From a virus, in the IMG/VR virus record IMGVR_UViG_3300027973_000032, positions 46,289 through 110,288 of that record: a DNA stretch of 64,000 nucleotides, one strand, 5' to 3'. Position 1 is the first letter of the stretch; every line of letters begins with the position of its first letter. The notes beneath the pieces are model-generated. The model was given only the letters and a program-made list of their open reading frames with translations, was not told the DNA's origin and did not search any database. The translations under genes and the position numbers were made by a program. Below, in pieces: positions 36,673-47,403 of the stretch.

Positions 36673-37587
36673 TTACAATAAACTATGTTTAGTTATGTAT
36701 TCAGCTAGTTCTTTAGCCCAAATTGCATGTCCTTCAGGACTAGGGTGTATTCCAGTAATTGGGTCATCAATATTAGAATTTTCTATAAAAGATTTGAATG
36801 AGTTACTAGTCTGATTTTTGTTATAATATCTAATATCGTCAATTTCTGCCCAAAGATTTGAAAAATGAAATGGGGAAGCCTGTCTAACACCTAGATTTTT
36901 AGAATCAAAAAAGTTTGTATAACCCAACATAGAATTGTCTAGCTTTTTTAGCTCATCATGTAAATCTAAATCTGTCCAATTACTAATATGCCTTACACCG
37001 CCTTCTCGAATTGTCCCGTTTCCTTGATAAAATGCATTAAAGTGTAAAAATTTAATTCCATTTGATTTACAAAAATGTTCAAATGTGAGTAAATTGATTA
37101 TATGTCTCACTATATATTCTTCAGGATTCCAAAAATTCATAGCATAAATTTTCCAAAATTTATAAATGTCAGAATCCGTTGGGAAGCCAATACCATGCGG
37201 GCTAAGTCTATATATAAAACTTTCTGATGGATTTGTTGGATTTTTGTACCAAAATTCTCTACGCTCCGGGGTAGTCCAACCGTGTATTATCATCAAGTTA
37301 TCACTGGTAAAAGTTTTATTTTGTAATCCTTGAAGTACAAAATTTATAGTTCTATTTAAGATTGCATTGTTATCATCAGCTACTCTACCAATATTAATTG
37401 TTCGTACATTTAGTTCCCTAGACAAACAAGTTGGCCAAATTCTATCAACTCGATAACTATCATTTTCTATTAACAACTCAAGTTCCCAAACTGATTTTTC
37501 AGGGTATTTTGTAAAGAGCTCTGGTAGAAATATTTCAGAACCATATGTCCAACTGTCACCATTACAAATAATTACTTTATCATTCAT
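36673..37587 (-). CDS. SGNH/GDSL hydrolase-fold protein
   Basis: GDSWTYG...HPSPEGHAIWA. Confidence 0.75.
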   Translation of the reverse strand: MNDKVIICNGDSWTYGSEIFLPELFTKYPEKSVWELELLIENDSYRVDRIWPTCLSRELNVRTINIGRVADDNNAILNRTINFVLQGLQNKTFTSDNLMIIHGWTTPERREFWYKNPTNPSESFIYRLSPHGIGFPTDSDIYKFWKIYAMNFWNPEEYIVRHIINLLTFEHFCKSNGIKFLHFNAFYQGNGTIREGGVRHISNWTDLDLHDELKKLDNSMLGYTNFFDSKNLGVRQASPFHFSNLWAEIDDIRYYNKNQTSNSFKSFIENSNIDDPITGIHPSPEGHAIWAKELAEYITKHSLL

Positions 37588-39133
37588 ATTCTATTCCTTG
37601 AAATAATTTAATTCCTAAATACCATAAAAATAAATCAAAAGGTGCGGCATGTAGAGGACTCATGTTCCAATATATGATTGGGATTAGCGTTTGTACTTTT
37701 TTGTAATCGTATCCTTGATTTATTATAAATTCTTTAAGTTGTTTTTGATATATTGTAATTTGATCTACACTTGGGATAGATAAAGTAACATTATCATTGT
37801 CTATTTTAATATCAAAATTATGTTCTTTAATTTTAGAATAGTTAATTATTAATCCACCTGCTAATTTAGCTAGATCATAATAGATATCGCCAAACTCAAC
37901 TACATTACCAAATTCATGTCTCCAGTCTATTACTTTGAATTCACCGTCATTATTGATAATAGTATTATCAAAATGTAAATCACCATGAATGAAACCTGGC
38001 AATGTAGTATTGCTCAAATAGTCCCAATCAATCTTATCTAAATAATAGCCATAATCATTAACTTTTACTCCATCAATAAAATTAATTTGTTTGAGGTTTG
38101 GATATTTTTCTAAAAACTTATTGACTCGTGATAGAGTTTTATTTTTATAAAATTCAATCGATGCATTAGTAATATCTATGTCTACCAACAACCAAACATC
38201 ATCTTTTAACCAATTAAGATATGAAGCAAATATATTTGAATCATTACGTTCATATAATATTTTACCATCAAAATAATCATATGCCATAAAGTTACCAATA
38301 TGTTCACAATTGGATGGGAAAACTGAAGGATTTTTTAATGTTTTAATATATTTTTTCTTTGGAGTTGATGAATCTAGCCACCATTTAACTACACGATTAT
38401 TACAGATATAGGTTAATTCATTTTCTTTAGTGAAATCAAATTTTTGGCTTTTATTCAATTCAATTTGATAATTTATAGGATTACCAAAGTCCTGCCATGA
38501 GTTTAAATTGGCCACATTATCACCTAACTGTATCGAGTAAATTAATTCTTCAGAATTAATTTGTTCTAAACTATCAAAAAAATTCTTATACTCATGTATG
38601 TACATTAGCCCAGTAAAGGCCTTATTTGTATGCGGGGTATGTTGTTTAAATGTTATTTTACTAATTTTTTGATTGTCATCCACGTCAAACATAGTATACA
38701 AATGTGTGTCTTTTTCTAAAATTGTCTTTACAAAATAACAATTTTTATCTGTTACTTTATCAACAATTGATTCATTAAAATAAGTATCACAGGGTACGTA
38801 CCAAAATGGACCGTTTACCTTTTCTCTGCAATGTCGTAATGTATATGAAGTTCCAGATTTACTACTAACATAGTCATCTATTTGAACAAATTCAATATCT
38901 CGATTAGCATACGCTATTTTACAAAAGTCTTTAATTTGATCGGCCAAGAAACCAACTGGAATGATAAATTTAGCATCTACAGGAAATTGATCAATAATGT
39001 GTGATATGACTGGTTTAAATTTATAGGGCAGTAATGCTTTGTTAAGATTTTTTGTATAATTTTTCATTCTACTGCCCAATCCAGCAGTAGGTATAATAAC
39101 AATGCTATTCGTGCTCGTATCTAATTCTACCAT
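37580..39133 (-). CDS. NTP transferase fused to an APH/choline-kinase-like domain
   Basis: IPTAGLGSRM...NKALL, PCD; C-terminal HGDLHFDN, IDWR, YDLAKL. Start uncertain. Confidence 0.82.
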   Translation of the reverse strand: MVELDTSTNSIVIIPTAGLGSRMKNYTKNLNKALLPYKFKPVISHIIDQFPVDAKFIIPVGFLADQIKDFCKIAYANRDIEFVQIDDYVSSKSGTSYTLRHCREKVNGPFWYVPCDTYFNESIVDKVTDKNCYFVKTILEKDTHLYTMFDVDDNQKISKITFKQHTPHTNKAFTGLMYIHEYKNFFDSLEQINSEELIYSIQLGDNVANLNSWQDFGNPINYQIELNKSQKFDFTKENELTYICNNRVVKWWLDSSTPKKKYIKTLKNPSVFPSNCEHIGNFMAYDYFDGKILYERNDSNIFASYLNWLKDDVWLLVDIDITNASIEFYKNKTLSRVNKFLEKYPNLKQINFIDGVKVNDYGYYLDKIDWDYLSNTTLPGFIHGDLHFDNTIINNDGEFKVIDWRHEFGNVVEFGDIYYDLAKLAGGLIINYSKIKEHNFDIKIDNDNVTLSIPSVDQITIYQKQLKEFIINQGYDYKKVQTLIPIIYWNMSPLHAAPFDLFLWYLGIKLFQGIEYE

Positions 39134-39578
39134 GCGTTCTACCTCGATCATCTTGTAATCTAAAAACATCATCTAGCTCAGGAGAACTCATCTCGATAAA
39201 TTCTAAGTCTGTATTTGAATTTGCTATAACACGATGTACATATCCTGGGAATATATGAAAAACTATGCCAGGACTGAGCAGTATTATATCAAATGTTTTT
39301 TCATATTCTTCCACTTCATTGGCAGGCATACCTTTTTCTAAAAAAGTTGATATATCAAATACCTGTTTACTGCGACGTAAAATCCCAGTGCCATTTAATA
39401 CATAACTAGTTTCTATTTTATGCTGATGTACTTGAAGACTAGTTCGATGTCCGGCCAAAAATAATATTTTTTTACCAGCGTATGGGGTACTTGTACCATC
39501 AGCTATCCATAATTCTTCACCCCAGTGTTTTTTTACAATTTTCATATTTTTATTTATAGCTATCCTGGTCCTTGCCAA
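39105..39578 (-). CDS. Cupin, mannose-6-phosphate isomerase type II-like
   Basis: KHWG, SLQVH..K.E, HRV, E.SSPELDDV.RLQD..GR. Confidence 0.8.
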   Translation of the reverse strand: MARTRIAINKNMKIVKKHWGEELWIADGTSTPYAGKKILFLAGHRTSLQVHQHKIETSYVLNGTGILRRSKQVFDISTFLEKGMPANEVEEYEKTFDIILLSPGIVFHIFPGYVHRVIANSNTDLEFIEMSSPELDDVFRLQDDRGRTHGRIRYEHE

Positions 39579-40357
39579 ATAAAGGGGGGATCACTGCCAT
39601 AGTATTGTTGTTCACAATCGTAACACTCTTTAAAATTTAATGGATCAAGGTGTTTGCATTCTTCTCGAAATATTGAATATCCATTTTGATATTCAATAAT
39701 GTCATTTTTAATCTTTTTATATTTGATATTCATTAGTTTCATATAATCTATAAATTCTAATGTTTTAAAATCATTTTCTAACCAATATTTATACAAGTAA
39801 AACCAATATTCACTAGCTTTTAACATATTACTAGCACTAGCAACCCAAAATACATCATCGATTCTAGTATCAATTAAATTATCAACTAAAAATATTTCTT
39901 GATTTAAATTATATTGATTTATTGCATTTTTTAAACTTCTATAAGAAGGAAATATAACATCAGTTCTTAATTTTACCATTACATCATATTGTTGATACTC
40001 AGAAGCCATTAAGACACTTTTTTGCCACGAATAAAATAATGGGACCCAATTCCCCCCAATTGATAATTTTCCATGTTTAGCTTCTATGCTAGATAAACAT
40101 TCATTATAATTTTCAATTTCAATTTTTTTAGGCTGATATATCTGTTTAAGTTCTTCAAATCTTTCCATTGGGACTTGTGTGACTGGTCTAGGCTTAAAGG
40201 CTGTTGGACCCCAATGCTTACTTCGTAACTGCTCAATATCCCATGTGTGTATAAAAAAATCGCATTGGTCCCACAAATCTCCTATAAATCTTTTTAGATT
40301 AATAGATGATAATGTAGAAGTTCGAGTCTGACCACTAAAACATATTGCTATTTTCAT
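39560..40357 (-). CDS. Putative glycosyltransferase-like protein, MKIAICFSGQ family 1
   Basis: KIAICFSGQ.R, FIHTW, YD...KLRTD. Confidence 0.65.
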   Translation of the reverse strand: MKIAICFSGQTRTSTLSSINLKRFIGDLWDQCDFFIHTWDIEQLRSKHWGPTAFKPRPVTQVPMERFEELKQIYQPKKIEIENYNECLSSIEAKHGKLSIGGNWVPLFYSWQKSVLMASEYQQYDVMVKLRTDVIFPSYRSLKNAINQYNLNQEIFLVDNLIDTRIDDVFWVASASNMLKASEYWFYLYKYWLENDFKTLEFIDYMKLMNIKYKKIKNDIIEYQNGYSIFREECKHLDPLNFKECYDCEQQYYGSDPPFIWQGPG

Positions 40358-41028
40358 CTTAAATCTCTAGGTATAATATTTTTTATAGCCAGCCATTTCC
40401 AAACTAATGCTTTATAATGCATGTTCTTATAAGCGGAGTCATAATAATCTGATTTTAATATTTGATACAGTGCTCCGTTACTATAATATCTATGAAAATT
40501 ATTAACGACATCCATGGTCAATGAAGAACCAAAACAAAAGTCAGTATTAAATCTAGGAGTTTTGTAATCAGAATATTCTACACTATATTTCCCAAATACA
40601 CTATTAGGATAATTATCAATGCCTATATTTGTAATAGTATTAAATAATTCACCTTGACAATCAACGCTAAAATTAATATTTACTACAATATTGAATACTA
40701 TGTCATGATCTATTTCATATTTCCTTTTTAAGGTATTCACTTTCATCATACTATTAGTTATATCTGTATATTTGTCGGGTCTATTGTGTATTGCAGTTAC
40801 TTCAGTTAAACAACTTGGAACGGCGTTCAATTTAATATTCAAATCCGTATAATATTCATTATCTTTTATGACATAGGGTGTATCTATAATAGTAGATGTA
40901 AATCCATCATTATTAAATTCAGTATATGAATGAGCAAATAGGCAATAGTTGCTTACTTTAGGATAAAGTAAATTTCTCATATCCTTATAGTTAAATCCAT
41001 TACCAAATAAACAAATTGCTATATTCAT
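40354..41028 (-). CDS. Diverged MKIAICFSGQ-family protein 2
   Basis: NIAICLFG, FAHSY, LKRKYE; lacks the R.D motif. Confidence 0.6.
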   Translation of the reverse strand: MNIAICLFGNGFNYKDMRNLLYPKVSNYCLFAHSYTEFNNDGFTSTIIDTPYVIKDNEYYTDLNIKLNAVPSCLTEVTAIHNRPDKYTDITNSMMKVNTLKRKYEIDHDIVFNIVVNINFSVDCQGELFNTITNIGIDNYPNSVFGKYSVEYSDYKTPRFNTDFCFGSSLTMDVVNNFHRYYSNGALYQILKSDYYDSAYKNMHYKALVWKWLAIKNIIPRDLR

Positions 41029-41807
41029 ATGCTCGTATTTAATATTTCATTACCTTGAAGGAATCCCTTTCGTGCCATTGATTCAGCAGTAACTACGACT
41101 CTAGGATCAACGTTTGCAAAATCTAAATCTATCCCGATACTTTTTATATAATAATAAAAAATATATTCAGGAGGGGATCCTGGAATTAAATCTATTTCGT
41201 CTATAAATCTTAATGCATCAATAAACCAACTAATTTGATCAAATGTAAAACTATCACAATGATAATATACATCGCCTATTGCATATTTGTCTAATTCCTT
41301 AGAAAATCTTCTATGTATAGTATACACTGTGTTAGGTTTTACTTTGTCAATAGTTGGTCTGCTCTCAAATATAGAATCAGGACGCATACGAATAACAATA
41401 TCATATTCAAAATTATTTTCTAATTCATACTGTCTTTTTAAATTCGCCGATTTCATTAAACTATAAAATTGATTTCGATGCCAAGGTATTAATCTATTGG
41501 CTACTTTTTTTGAATACCAATTTTCTAAATTTGGCAAAACTTGAACATCGCCCCATATCTTTTTAGATCCAAATTCAATTTTTTTAGGCTTTAATGAATC
41601 TATTATAGTTTGTTTTTCATCAGCAGTTAATAATACATCCTCTGGAATTTTATCATATCCATTTTTAGATCCTTCAGGAACTGAGTTATAATCCCAAAAA
41701 TGGCAGAAATAATCAACATCCCCAAGCGGGGTTAAATTATCTATCCAATTTTGATAACAATATTTCCAAGTTCTTACTTGGCCACTAAAACATACTGCTA
41801 TTTTCAT
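41025..41807 (-). CDS. Putative glycosyltransferase-like protein, MKIAICFSGQ family 3
   Basis: KIAVCFSGQ.R, FCHFW, LKRQYE, YDIVIRMRPD. Confidence 0.65.
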   Translation of the reverse strand: MKIAVCFSGQVRTWKYCYQNWIDNLTPLGDVDYFCHFWDYNSVPEGSKNGYDKIPEDVLLTADEKQTIIDSLKPKKIEFGSKKIWGDVQVLPNLENWYSKKVANRLIPWHRNQFYSLMKSANLKRQYELENNFEYDIVIRMRPDSIFESRPTIDKVKPNTVYTIHRRFSKELDKYAIGDVYYHCDSFTFDQISWFIDALRFIDEIDLIPGSPPEYIFYYYIKSIGIDLDFANVDPRVVVTAESMARKGFLQGNEILNTSI

Positions 41808-42781
41808 TTTTTCCATTTTTCGAGTAGCTCTTGAAAGTACTGTTTTTTGACTAAATGATCATAAATTTGTTCAGAAAAATTGAAATGAGAGTTAGGTCCC
41901 CAATGCAGTGCATCACGAGCAATTTCATATGGAAATTTTTTTTTATAAATACCTGGATAAAATCTATCAAACTCTTTGTCAAATACTAGTGAACCTGGGA
42001 TATAGTGATCTTGCAATTCGTACGGAATGGATGTATCTAGATTTAAATTTCCTTCAACGGCATTAGAAATCATATCTGAGTTGAATTCACCATTCCAAAA
42101 AGCAAATGCCCAATTAATTTGCTCAGTCATTAAAAAATATTTCAAAAACAATAAATTTTTAAAAGCTGAGTTATAACTATCTCTATAATTAAGCATGCCT
42201 AATAATGCTGAATGAGTTCGTTTTAGCTCAACGAATGCATCATTTGGGGGAGTATAGTTATGTATAAAATTAAAAGTTGTCATCCTATTTAAGGGTTTAC
42301 AATCTAGTATTACTTCTTTTCGCGTAACTCCTGGCATCATAAAAAAAACAAAATCAGGTTTAAAATTATTTTTAATTGTTAGATATGTGTATCTAACCAT
42401 TGAATCAATTGCGTGACCTCCACGTGATACATTATATAGGTTTATTGGTTTTCCTATTTCTTTTGAAATTTGATCATTTAAAAAACTAGCCCAAATATGT
42501 TCTATTGGAAGACCAGTTCCCTCGGTTACTGAACACCCCACGTACAATATTTTAATAGGATCATGATTGTCAAATTCAGATGATCTAAAACCTAAAGAAT
42601 TAAATTTATAAACAAATTCGTCTTTACCATAAGTTTTAATATTTTTTTTTATATTTTGAGCCCATGCTTCCTCATTGTCCGCCCCAGAAGAGTTAAAAGT
42701 TTTATTTCGAAGAGTATATTCATGATAATTCATGCCAGTATCCAGTGTATCCCATAAATTAATTACATTAAGCATACTCAT
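41804..42781 (-). CDS. SGNH-like protein
   Basis: YKFNSLGFR, GCSVTEG, ARDALHWG. Confidence 0.7.
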   Translation of the reverse strand: MSMLNVINLWDTLDTGMNYHEYTLRNKTFNSSGADNEEAWAQNIKKNIKTYGKDEFVYKFNSLGFRSSEFDNHDPIKILYVGCSVTEGTGLPIEHIWASFLNDQISKEIGKPINLYNVSRGGHAIDSMVRYTYLTIKNNFKPDFVFFMMPGVTRKEVILDCKPLNRMTTFNFIHNYTPPNDAFVELKRTHSALLGMLNYRDSYNSAFKNLLFLKYFLMTEQINWAFAFWNGEFNSDMISNAVEGNLNLDTSIPYELQDHYIPGSLVFDKEFDRFYPGIYKKKFPYEIARDALHWGPNSHFNFSEQIYDHLVKKQYFQELLEKWKK

Positions 42782-42785
42782 TTTA

Positions 42786-44372
42786 TTAGATATTTCCTTT
42801 TTTTTCTATGGGATTTTGGTATCCTTCTATTGGTTTAACATAGTTTTTACTACCTGGATTTGGATGAGTTGGTTTTAAAATCCATTTTTCTTGATTTGCC
42901 TTTTCTATTAATTGTTCTAGATGACTTGATTCCAATACGCTGTCTCCACTAATTAATTTTATTAATGGAGCAATATTAGTTTCAGGAATAGAATCATACC
43001 ATTCTGAAAGTTCTGGAAAAACTTTTTTAAAATCCTTACCTCTTCTTTGATCATATTGCATGAAAAAACTTTTAAAATCTCTTTGTCTAGATTCTAAACT
43101 ACTAGTATGGTTATGCCCTACATTCAATTCTCGAAGATAGGATACAAGCCTTTTGATCCCTTCATATTCCATTTGATTTATAAGTCGATTGCCTTGTAAA
43201 TCTACATTTTCTTGTCCACTCCATTTAGCATCAATCCAAGTTTCTATTTTATTAGATAGTTCAACTCTTATATTTTCTGGTAATACTAATGGACTCATAA
43301 AACTAGGAAAACGTAATATATTAAAACTCATATGACAATGATCACGCCCATATTGACGTCGAATAGACAACATTTCTTCCATGAATTCCACAATACTAAA
43401 AAGACATAGAGCATTGATAGTCATCATGATATGTGTAGATTTACATTTTCCCTTAGAAATCATCATACGTAAATTATCTAGCCAAACAGACCAATCTAAC
43501 CCGTCTCTAATATATTCTGCTTGATTGCCAAAGCATTCATTACTGGTATATAAACGAAAATTTTTAAAACTATGTGTAGATTTGCATAATCTTTCAATAA
43601 GCTGTTGTTTGGCTCCTAAATTGCTATTAACTGCCAATCCAACATCACATTCAGGATGCTGTTCCCACCAATCTATTAATCGCCAAAAATCTTGGCTCAT
43701 GGTGGCCTCGCCGCCAGTAATTCTTAATTCACGTAGGCTATGTTGTAAATCACCTTCCCACCATTTCCAAAATGCAGCTATGTATGGATTATCTAAGTTT
43801 TTGATTCCATAAGGCTGAGCCCAAGTACCATCCTGTTGATATGCCCCTCCGCCATCGCTAACTAAGTTTTGATAAAAGCCATGAGTTTTGATGTCAGTCA
43901 TCCAAGTAGTGCTAAAACTAGGATTACAATAGCTACAGGCAAAATTACAATTAGCATCAAACGCTATTTCCAAAGTCTTTAAATCTACATCTAAGTTACT
44001 GCCAAAAATATTTTTAGCATCTTGTAATTCCTGCTCTGTGTAAAGTAAACTTTTATAAACACGATCACTAACCTTATCCTCGCCCAACCCCTCAATTTTC
44101 CAACAATAATCACATTCTTCGGGTTTCTTACCTTGAAGCATTTGCTCTCTCATTAATTTTTTATATTTGGTATTATGTAATGCTTTTGGGTTATCCCTTA
44201 ATTCTTCTAAAGGTATTTTATGTGAAGGTGGATGATGGCAACTAGTTGTTGTGCCACTTCCTAACCAGATAGTTGCATTATACCATTTAGCCCCACAAAA
44301 ACCAGGGCCTATAGAATTTAATACTCTATCTCTATATTCTACGTTACTTTCGTTATTTGGTTTATGCATCAT
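42786..44372 (-). CDS. Radical SAM enzyme with an N-terminal twitch/SPASM-like domain
   Basis: CNFACSYC, ITGGE, FCGAKW...SCHH...CDYCW. Confidence 0.88.
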   Translation of the reverse strand: MMHKPNNESNVEYRDRVLNSIGPGFCGAKWYNATIWLGSGTTTSCHHPPSHKIPLEELRDNPKALHNTKYKKLMREQMLQGKKPEECDYCWKIEGLGEDKVSDRVYKSLLYTEQELQDAKNIFGSNLDVDLKTLEIAFDANCNFACSYCNPSFSTTWMTDIKTHGFYQNLVSDGGGAYQQDGTWAQPYGIKNLDNPYIAAFWKWWEGDLQHSLRELRITGGEATMSQDFWRLIDWWEQHPECDVGLAVNSNLGAKQQLIERLCKSTHSFKNFRLYTSNECFGNQAEYIRDGLDWSVWLDNLRMMISKGKCKSTHIMMTINALCLFSIVEFMEEMLSIRRQYGRDHCHMSFNILRFPSFMSPLVLPENIRVELSNKIETWIDAKWSGQENVDLQGNRLINQMEYEGIKRLVSYLRELNVGHNHTSSLESRQRDFKSFFMQYDQRRGKDFKKVFPELSEWYDSIPETNIAPLIKLISGDSVLESSHLEQLIEKANQEKWILKPTHPNPGSKNYVKPIEGYQNPIEKKGNI

Positions 44373-44381
44373 AATTAATTC

Positions 44382-45836
44382 CTAGTAAGGTCCTTGTGTT
44401 TGCCACTTTTTAGTATACATTTTACATTTCTGATAAAAATCAGCTAATTCTGGAAAAGTTTCTTTAAAATTAGTGCCGCGGCGTCGATCATATTCTGTGA
44501 TATATTCTGCAAATTGTGCTCTTAATGGATCAATCCTAGAAGGATCAGAATGGTTTCTTATCATTTCATCCCTCACAGTATAAAATACACGCTCAATTCT
44601 ATTTACTTCGTAATCAAAGAAGCCTTTACCACAAAGTGGTGGCCAATTTAGTTGATGAAGATTTTTAAACATATGGGTAACTACGTCTTCAAGCATGGGC
44701 AAAAATTTGACATCAGCGACCCATGGTGCTAAAAACTCAGGCCAACGAATATAAGGTACATCCAATGATACTGGATTTTTACGAATAGGTTGTTGAGTAT
44801 ATTGACATTTCATATCAATGATATCATTCATCAATAATTTAAAACTGGGCAAACTAAGAATATTGTAAGCAGCCATAATTGTTAATTGACTATCAGGAAT
44901 TTCAGATAATACGCGATGACAATTTTTTAACCATTGATCATAATTTAATCCAAATCTAATATATTCAGCCTGTTTGCCGTGTGCTTCATTACTGGTATAA
45001 ATTTTAAACTTTCGTATTGCTTTTTTTTCTTGAACAATTTTCATCTTATCAATAAATTTGTTCATAATCTCCAGAGGAACATCAAGATTAGTATTAATAT
45101 TAAATTCTAAATTTGGTTGAGGATTATCGATTAAATGATCCAATACTCTAAATACTTGTTTACTTAATAATGGCTCTCCACCTGTAATTCTAAAAACATG
45201 TAAATCTTTAACAAGATCAGGCCACCATTTCCAAAAAGCTTCCATGTATGGATTGTGATGTGATACTGGAATTGGCATCGAGCCCTTTTCTTTTAAATAA
45301 TCTAAACTATGCATTGTCATATTTGTCAAATTATAAGGACCATGCTGTTCTATTTCTTGACGCCAAGTAGAAGAAAAAGTTGGTGAACAATAAGCACACT
45401 TAAAATTACATACAGTATCAAATGATACTTCTAGATATGTAGGGTTGACGTCGAAATCCCAAGGTTTAGATTGAATTTGTTCTAGATATGGTCTAGCCCA
45501 AGGCTCAGCACTTTTTGTAATTCTGTCACTAAAAACAACATTTTCATTAATATTTGTTTGAGCATCCTCTACTCTCCAACAATAATTACATTCAACAGGT
45601 CGTTGGCCTTCCATCATCTGTTTTCTTAATAATTTTTTATGTAAAGTGTTATGTAAAGCAGTATGATTTTCTTCTACTTCTTCTATAGGTATTTTATGTG
45701 GTGCTGGATGATGACAACTATGCGTTAACCCTGCTCCTAGATGAAGTGTAACTTGATTCCATTTAGCTAGACAAAAACTAGGACTAGTTTTATCAAGTGA
45801 TTCCTTTGTTTGTCTAAATGCTTCAAAATTATCCAT
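44382..45836 (-). CDS. Radical SAM enzyme with an N-terminal twitch/SPASM-like domain (paralog)
   Basis: CNFKCAYC, ITGGEP, FCLAKW...SCHH...CNYCW. Confidence 0.88.
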   Translation of the reverse strand: MDNFEAFRQTKESLDKTSPSFCLAKWNQVTLHLGAGLTHSCHHPAPHKIPIEEVEENHTALHNTLHKKLLRKQMMEGQRPVECNYCWRVEDAQTNINENVVFSDRITKSAEPWARPYLEQIQSKPWDFDVNPTYLEVSFDTVCNFKCAYCSPTFSSTWRQEIEQHGPYNLTNMTMHSLDYLKEKGSMPIPVSHHNPYMEAFWKWWPDLVKDLHVFRITGGEPLLSKQVFRVLDHLIDNPQPNLEFNINTNLDVPLEIMNKFIDKMKIVQEKKAIRKFKIYTSNEAHGKQAEYIRFGLNYDQWLKNCHRVLSEIPDSQLTIMAAYNILSLPSFKLLMNDIIDMKCQYTQQPIRKNPVSLDVPYIRWPEFLAPWVADVKFLPMLEDVVTHMFKNLHQLNWPPLCGKGFFDYEVNRIERVFYTVRDEMIRNHSDPSRIDPLRAQFAEYITEYDRRRGTNFKETFPELADFYQKCKMYTKKWQTQGPY

Positions 45837-45838
45837 TA

Positions 45839-46744
45839 TTAATCCGTTTCTATTAGATCAACTCTATTATGAGGTTGATATACTATTTTAAAAAATTTAG
45901 ATTGAACACTATCTAAAGTAGTCACACTTAAATCTAAATCATTAATTAGCTCTTTGGCATAAAAATTCAATCTTTCAACAAGATTCACTTCTTTAACTTG
46001 ACTATGCCACATGTCAGTCAAATAGTCAAAATCTCTTACATTACGATAATCCCAATCAGTTAAATTGGTCATATAACAACCTTGTCTAGCACCCATCATA
46101 GCCCATAACCCATTATCTACATCACTGCCAATATTACACCAAATCATTAGTCTATGTAAATTTTTCCAATGTACGCCTTCTTTAACTGAAACTTTAGTTA
46201 GCTTGACTCCACGATCTAGACTCATTTTAACACCTTCTCTAAATCCTGCTCGCCATGCTTGAAAAGCAGTAGCATTGTTATGTACATCACTATAACAATC
46301 ATTCATTTGAATATATTGATGGTCCCAACAAAAATCAACTTGACCTACGCTATCTTTGGGATCAGCATTTTCATGTGTACGCATATTCATGACAAAGTCT
46401 ATAGTCCAACATTTTAATCCGCCATTACCATACATTAGGCCATTGATGATATTATAGCCACTCCAACTGATTACACTGTTTTCTAAATTGGGATATTTGG
46501 CTATGTCTATTTCTATGTTTAAAAAATCTGGACGAATTATATTGTCGCCATCCACTGTGGTAAATCTTGGAGTCTCGCTTAATCGAGCACAGGCTTTGTG
46601 AGCACTATCACTACCTTTGACCCCGTGAACACGTTTGGCCCAAGGCACTTTGGTTAATAAATCTGCGTAATTTTTCTCAGCATTTGGTTCATCATAGCTA
46701 AGATATATGATATCATAATCAAGTGGTCTGAATATTTTTGTCAT
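45839..46744 (-). CDS. GT-A glycosyltransferase-like protein
   Basis: SYDEPNA, VDGD (DxD), AWRAGFREGVK. Confidence 0.7.
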   Translation of the reverse strand: MTKIFRPLDYDIIYLSYDEPNAEKNYADLLTKVPWAKRVHGVKGSDSAHKACARLSETPRFTTVDGDNIIRPDFLNIEIDIAKYPNLENSVISWSGYNIINGLMYGNGGLKCWTIDFVMNMRTHENADPKDSVGQVDFCWDHQYIQMNDCYSDVHNNATAFQAWRAGFREGVKMSLDRGVKLTKVSVKEGVHWKNLHRLMIWCNIGSDVDNGLWAMMGARQGCYMTNLTDWDYRNVRDFDYLTDMWHSQVKEVNLVERLNFYAKELINDLDLSVTTLDSVQSKFFKIVYQPHNRVDLIETD

Positions 46745-47403
46745 ATTTTTGTTTTAATATATTGATATTTTTCAAATATTTTTCTTGCATATACACTAAC
46801 CCTAATCTCATCTTCATCTACTCGATCAAATGGTAGTATGCAATAAAAATTATTAATTAACTCAGTCATAGGAACTTTTAATGTTTTATATAACACGTTA
46901 GGGTCATTAAATTCTGTTAAGTAAATTTCGTAAATTTGATCAAAATATAATTTTCTATCACGTAATGATCGAGCTAAATTACCATTAATATATATTTTCC
47001 AACAAGTATCTGTATAGTCTTGTATAACAGTAATATCATTGGTAAGATCATACTCTAAAGGCACACTAGTGTCTATTATGCATGGAAATTGAAATATCAC
47101 ATCATGTATGCTTTGTAATATTTCTTCTTGCTCATCTAATCGAATAAATGCGTAGTCTTTGGCATCTGGACTAAAAATAACTTTATAGTTATGTATGACA
47201 TCTGTGCCTTCTAGCAAGCTTTTAACTTGACTAAAAGTTACAGTAACAGATGGCAATGCTTGATCATTGGCCATATTAGATATGCCTTTTATTTCACCAG
47301 TCTCGGGTTCATAAAAAACAAATCTAAAATCATCTTGTTTGATTTTGTCTTCGTAGGATTTTAAATCTTCCTCGGTGATGTCCCACTCTACTTGTAACAA
47401 CAT
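46741..47403 (-). CDS. Hypothetical protein
   Basis: 220-aa ORF coupled to its neighbours. Confidence 0.7.
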   Translation of the reverse strand: MLLQVEWDITEEDLKSYEDKIKQDDFRFVFYEPETGEIKGISNMANDQALPSVTVTFSQVKSLLEGTDVIHNYKVIFSPDAKDYAFIRLDEQEEILQSIHDVIFQFPCIIDTSVPLEYDLTNDITVIQDYTDTCWKIYINGNLARSLRDRKLYFDQIYEIYLTEFNDPNVLYKTLKVPMTELINNFYCILPFDRVDEDEIRVSVYARKIFEKYQYIKTKI

